Virus record (IMG/VR): IMGVR_UViG_3300021411_000012
Coordinates: 1 to 47,176 of that record
Reading direction: 5' to 3' (one strand)
Origin: a virus
Lineage: Duplodnaviria > Caudoviricetes
DNA length: 47,176 nucleotides
Positions 43,691 to 47,176 of this stretch are shown here, in pieces. The translations under genes and the position numbers were made by a program. The notes below the pieces were generated by a model, which saw nothing but the letters and a program-made list of their open reading frames with translations, made no database searches and was not told where the DNA came from. Position 1 is the first letter of the stretch, and each line of letters starts with the position of its first letter.

Positions 43691-44145
43691 GTTTTCGCCT
43701 CTTCCTGCTCTATGGGGGATTCCAGGGCACGAATGCGGTAGTAGTCCTCCACGGATACCTGCTCTATCCCCAGGGCTTCCTCGATCTTGGCTGCTATATC
43801 AGCCATCCGAAGTACCCCCAAAGCGGTCTCCTCTTGCAGCACCTTCTCTACGGCGTCTGCGATGGTGCTCATGGTGCCTCCTCCGTGGACAGTGCGGACT
43901 CCCGCGCCTCCTACCGCGCTGTCCAGAGGGATGTACTCGTGCACTACCTCATCGCCAGAGTGTTGCTGGACTCGCTCGTAGCGGCAGATAGCCAGGTCAT
44001 GGTCGGCCAGGTACGCGAACACAGAATCGGTGTCGTCGTAGTCGAGTGAGCTGGCCGGAGCATTTGGGTTGGTCGCTCCACCACGGAACCAGCGGCGAGA
44101 GGCCAAGACTTGCGCCAAGTCGTCTCTGAGGTTGGGTGGAGTCAT
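43687..44145 (-). CDS. Hypothetical ORF, probably two genes (second start at 43872) fused by a 1-nt insertion
   Basis: Internal GGAGGAGG RBS with an ATGA junction at 43869-43872. Confidence 0.5.
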   Translation of the reverse strand: MTPPNLRDDLAQVLASRRWFRGGATNPNAPASSLDYDDTDSVFAYLADHDLAICRYERVQQHSGDEVVHEYIPLDSAVGGAGVRTVHGGGTMSTIADAVEKVLQEETALGVLRMADIAAKIEEALGIEQVSVEDYYRIRALESPIEQEEAKT

Positions 44146-44441
44146 CGGTCAGACCCGACGAAACGGAAGATGGGTTCCCAAATCTTGGCATCGAGAATGT
44201 CGGCGTGTGTCTCGGTGGGCCATGTGTCGATCTCGGTGAAAGACTTGTAGGGCTCGTCGTACCAGCCGACCTGCTCCACCGCGGCCCTCAGTGCAGCCTC
44301 AGCCTGACGTAGATGCATCGTCCGCCACGGTCCCTCTAGATCTACCCATCGCGTACCTTTTCGTGTCTCTCGTATGGATTCCCAAATGGCCTGTGCTGCG
44401 GCTTCTACCGCTGATTCCGGGATGGGGAGAGGTACGGTCAT
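44142..44441 (-). CDS. Hypothetical protein
   Basis: AVEAAAQAIWE...W..L.......QAEAALRAA motif. Confidence 0.6.
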   Translation of the reverse strand: MTVPLPIPESAVEAAAQAIWESIRETRKGTRWVDLEGPWRTMHLRQAEAALRAAVEQVGWYDEPYKSFTEIDTWPTETHADILDAKIWEPIFRFVGSDR

Positions 44442-44521
44442 CGGTTGGACTTCTTCGTCCAAGCCAGCGCGAAAATGCTTACAGTCACCCACACCATCCA
44501 CCCAATCTCCCATAGTTTCAC
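44438..44521 (-). CDS. Small membrane peptide (27 aa)
   Basis: MKLWEIGWMVWVTVSIFALAWTKKSNR; coupled at both ends. Confidence 0.45.
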   Translation of the reverse strand: MKLWEIGWMVWVTVSIFALAWTKKSNR

Positions 44522-44853
44522 AGCCCCTCCTTCTCTTCGTCCAGAATCACGAACACGGCCTCGGTTGGTCGTCGGGCAAACTCGGCATCCCCAATCGGGA
44601 TGTAGCCCCAGTCGTAGAACAGGTCGGACGGCACCACCGTCGCTGGCACACGAACGGCCACTTGCTTTAGCTTCACCACTGACCAGCCTTCGGCTTCCAG
44701 TACACCTAGAGCCGCAGAAAGGACCGCGTGCGCTACCGCTCGGTGATCGTCGGGGGTTAGCTCCTTGCCTGGGAACAGGTCGAACTCCGTGGAGATCGAG
44801 TTCGCGCCTGCGGCCACCATCGCGTCCATCGGAATCACGCGGTCTCCGTTCAT
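44518..44853 (-). CDS. Hypothetical protein
   Basis: ATGA-coupled. Confidence 0.55.
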   Translation of the reverse strand: MNGDRVIPMDAMVAAGANSISTEFDLFPGKELTPDDHRAVAHAVLSAALGVLEAEGWSVVKLKQVAVRVPATVVPSDLFYDWGYIPIGDAEFARRPTEAVFVILDEEKEGL

Positions 44854-45452
44854 ACGGTGGTCCCCCGGGGGCGTTTCTCGAAGATGAGCAACGTGGAGTG
44901 CTTCATGCGTGGCGTGAGTTGTCGTCGCCCAGGAGGCTGCGGTCGTCCCGCGGTCGGAATGTCGAACCGGGTGACCTTGCGCCCGCCAAGCGCCTTGATC
45001 GTCTCGGACACCATGTCGGTCTGCCAGCGCATCTGACCGCCTTCAACCTGATCCATGCATTTCACCAACAGGTTCCGGCGGCAGACCCGGTAGCACTCGA
45101 TCGCGCCGAGGCGAATGTCCTCCATCACCTCGTCACGTGAGGTCCGGCGGTTCGTGCCGTAGCGGTCGTCTTGCTCGCCGAGCGCGGGGGTGCCGTTCAG
45201 CTTGTACGGCGGGTCGAACACCACCGCGTCGAACCCACCGACCCATGGCGGGAAATCTCGGTAGTCCTCGCGCCACATCGCGGGCTTGTAGAGGTCGTTG
45301 GTGATGAGGCCTTCCGGGCGCCAGACCTTCCAGAACCCGCCTTCGCCGTACGTGGCGTCGAGGACGGTGCCATCGAGGTAGCCGAGGCGGGCGACGTCGG
45401 CGATGAGCTGGGCGTTGGTGGACCATTCCCCGATGGAGAGGACCTCGCTCAT
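44850..45452 (-). CDS. Small amino-methyltransferase (probable DNA N6-adenine MTase)
   Basis: VLDATYGEGGFW and VVFDPPY motifs. Confidence 0.75.
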   Translation of the reverse strand: MSEVLSIGEWSTNAQLIADVARLGYLDGTVLDATYGEGGFWKVWRPEGLITNDLYKPAMWREDYRDFPPWVGGFDAVVFDPPYKLNGTPALGEQDDRYGTNRRTSRDEVMEDIRLGAIECYRVCRRNLLVKCMDQVEGGQMRWQTDMVSETIKALGGRKVTRFDIPTAGRPQPPGRRQLTPRMKHSTLLIFEKRPRGTTV

Positions 45453-46291
45453 GACGATGCCCCGAGCGCGAGCCGTCCGACGTGGGGCTCGAAGTTCGTC
45501 CAGATGCGCTCGACGCGCTGCCCGCGCCCGGACGTGACCGCATTGCTCGAGTGGGCGTGGACGTGCACGTCGATGGTCGGCCAGTCGCCGTAGAGGTCGT
45601 CGTACAGCGGGGAGGGATAGCCCGAGAGCACGACGGCGGCCGCGGTCTGGTGCAGTACCTCGGCGAGACGGGCGTGCTTGTCCTCAGCGCCCATGTCGCA
45701 GCGGTAGTCAGACGCCCCCGAGGTCTTGGCGCGGCTGTTCCTCGTGGAGAACAGGTAGGGGGGGTCGACATAGATCGCGGTGTCCGGCGTAGCGAGGCGT
45801 TCGACGAGGCCAGCGGCGTCGCAGTGCTCGATCGCCACGGTCGAGAGCCGGCGCGCGCACGCCATGAACCGGTCGATGCGACCCTCCACCGAGCCGCCCG
45901 TCGACTGCGTGCGCGCCGTGGTGACCGACCAGCCAGTGGCCCGGCCCGCGGTCTTCGCGAAGGACTGGTTCACCCGCACCCAAAAGCGCCGTGCCCTCTC
46001 GAGGTCGTCGAGCGGACCGTCGAGGTCCGAGGCCTGGTATTCGGCACGGGCGTACGGCGTCAGCCGGCATGCGCGCTCGAGGTCCTCGGGTCGTTCACGG
46101 AGGCAGCGGAAGAACGCGACGACGGCGTCGTCGAGGTCGTTCACGATCTCGTGCGTCGACGGGCGCTTCGCGAAGAGCACGGCGCCGGACCCGAAGAACG
46201 GCTCCATGTAGACGCGGTGTGGCGGGAGCAGTGCGACGAGGCGATCGGCCATGCCGGTCTTCCCGCCGAAGTAGGCGAACGGCGGTCTCAC
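45449..46291 (-). CDS. DNA adenine methyltransferase (Dam/D12 class)
   Basis: PPFAYFGGK, YMEPFFGSGAV, EIVNDLD, YVDPPY and VVLSGY; GTG start at 46291. Confidence 0.92.
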   Translation of the reverse strand: MRPPFAYFGGKTGMADRLVALLPPHRVYMEPFFGSGAVLFAKRPSTHEIVNDLDDAVVAFFRCLRERPEDLERACRLTPYARAEYQASDLDGPLDDLERARRFWVRVNQSFAKTAGRATGWSVTTARTQSTGGSVEGRIDRFMACARRLSTVAIEHCDAAGLVERLATPDTAIYVDPPYLFSTRNSRAKTSGASDYRCDMGAEDKHARLAEVLHQTAAAVVLSGYPSPLYDDLYGDWPTIDVHVHAHSSNAVTSGRGQRVERIWTNFEPHVGRLALGASS

Positions 46292-46336
46292 CGCCCCCCC
46301 CCGATGCGCGTCTTCCCGGCGCGCGAGCATGGCCTC

Positions 46337-46531
46337 ATGCCCGAGCTCACCGACGACGAGGTGCTCGAGCAGGCCCGCGCCCGAGGCCGGGTGCTGGTGC
46401 ACGAGGACACGCACGGGGGCACGTGGTCGTGGGCGAAGACCGTCGGGGATGACGGCCGGCGGCCGTGCTGGCCGGAGCAGTGGCAGGCGATCTCGTACAT
46501 GCGGGGAATGCTCGTCCGATGGGACGGCTGA
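46337..46531 (+). CDS. Small opposite-strand protein (64 aa)
   Basis: MPELTDDEVLEQARARGRVLVHE...WPEQWQAISYMRGML; strong GC3 bias; fills the gap between minus-strand genes. Confidence 0.55.
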   Translation: MPELTDDEVLEQARARGRVLVHEDTHGGTWSWAKTVGDDGRRPCWPEQWQAISYMRGMLVRWDG

Positions 46532-46535
46532 CCGG

Positions 46536-47176
46536 TCACGCCGGCATCTCGTCCCAGGTACGGCCGTCGAGCACACGACCCGCGGCCTTCTTCCCGACGC
46601 GCACGACCGTCGCGGCCCCGGCATCGAGGCTCTCGCCTGCCCCTTCGGTCAGCTCGACGCGCAACCAGTCGCGTTGACCGGACGGAAGGTGCATGTGCTC
46701 GCGGTGGTCGATGAGCGGGACGTGCTCGCCCCATTGCTTGAAGAAGAACGGGACGCCCGCCGCGACGCACTGGTCGCGGATCGACCGGACCCAGTCGGGG
46801 TGCATCGGTCGCGCGCCGGGCCCGGATTCTCCACCGACGATCACCCAGCCGATCCGCGGTCCGAAGTTCTCATGCTCGGGCTCATCGAGCAGATACGCCT
46901 CGAGGTCGACAGGCCCGAGGAGCGGCTCGACCGACAGGAACCGGACCGCCGCCGGGGTCGCGGCTACATCCCCCAAGAGCCATGCAAATCTTCCGGGCGT
47001 GAAGTCGCCGAAGGGAAGTTGGTCGTGGCGCACGCTGGCCCACTTTCCGCGCTCGACGACGACGTAGTCCGCGTCGCATTCGTAGCTCGGTTCTTCGCAC
47101 CACTCGATCGTCTCGGTCGGCACGCAGTCGATGAGCGTGCAGGACGCGACCACCGCACCGAGAGGCCCAGACCAGC
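46536..47176 (-). CDS. ASCH C-terminus fused in frame to the C-terminal half of DUF5131 (Gp37/Gp68)
   Basis: [13 protein letters not shown]...[15 protein letters not shown] is joined to [27 protein letters not shown]...VPFFFKQWG...[13 protein letters not shown]. Confidence 0.75.
   Translation of the reverse strand, partial: WSGPLGAVVASCTLIDCVPTETIEWCEEPSYECDADYVVVERGKWASVRHDQLPFGDFTPGRFAWLLGDVAATPAAVRFLSVEPLLGPVDLEAYLLDEPEHENFGPRIGWVIVGGESGPGARPMHPDWVRSIRDQCVAAGVPFFFKQWGEHVPLIDHREHMHLPSGQRDWLRVELTEGAGESLDAGAATVVRVGKKAAGRVLDGRTWDEMPA

Noticed and set aside
46292-46624. 110-aa N-terminal extension of the Dam-like methyltransferase in the ORF track
   Set aside because: Low-complexity sequence that overlaps other genes; the family N-terminus (PPFAYFGGK) starts right after GTG 46291.

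Overview
The window is an almost complete, circularly permuted genome of a high-GC temperate siphovirus (HK97-type head) whose host is probably an actinomycete (inferred from gene families and the tRNA-type att site). Nearly all genes are on the minus strand. In virion order they run: HNH/cos (~38.2 kb), terminase, portal, protease, capsid, an inserted HNH gene, a glycosyltransferase/epimerase/methyltransferase cluster, head-tail and tail genes (with a -1 frameshift chaperone), lysis genes, then repeat-rich tail/fibre genes. Next come a plus-strand repressor-integrase-DUF2510 block and the early/replication operon, which wraps from position 1 to 47176 through an ASCH gene. The main observations are: (1) attP, a tRNA 3'-half, lies inside the repressor gene just before an ssrA-like ...QLAA tail, as in integration-dependent immunity; (2) a probable virion glycosylation cassette is embedded in the head-tail operon; (3) tandem paralogous receptor-binding-like genes share a 43-bp repeat; (4) a truncated IS1595 sits beside protease, membrane and acidic-peptide cargo; (5) there are three DNA methyltransferases; (6) several nonsense, frameshift and deletion lesions indicate decay or sequencing error. 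All family calls come from recognising motifs by eye; no database searches were run.
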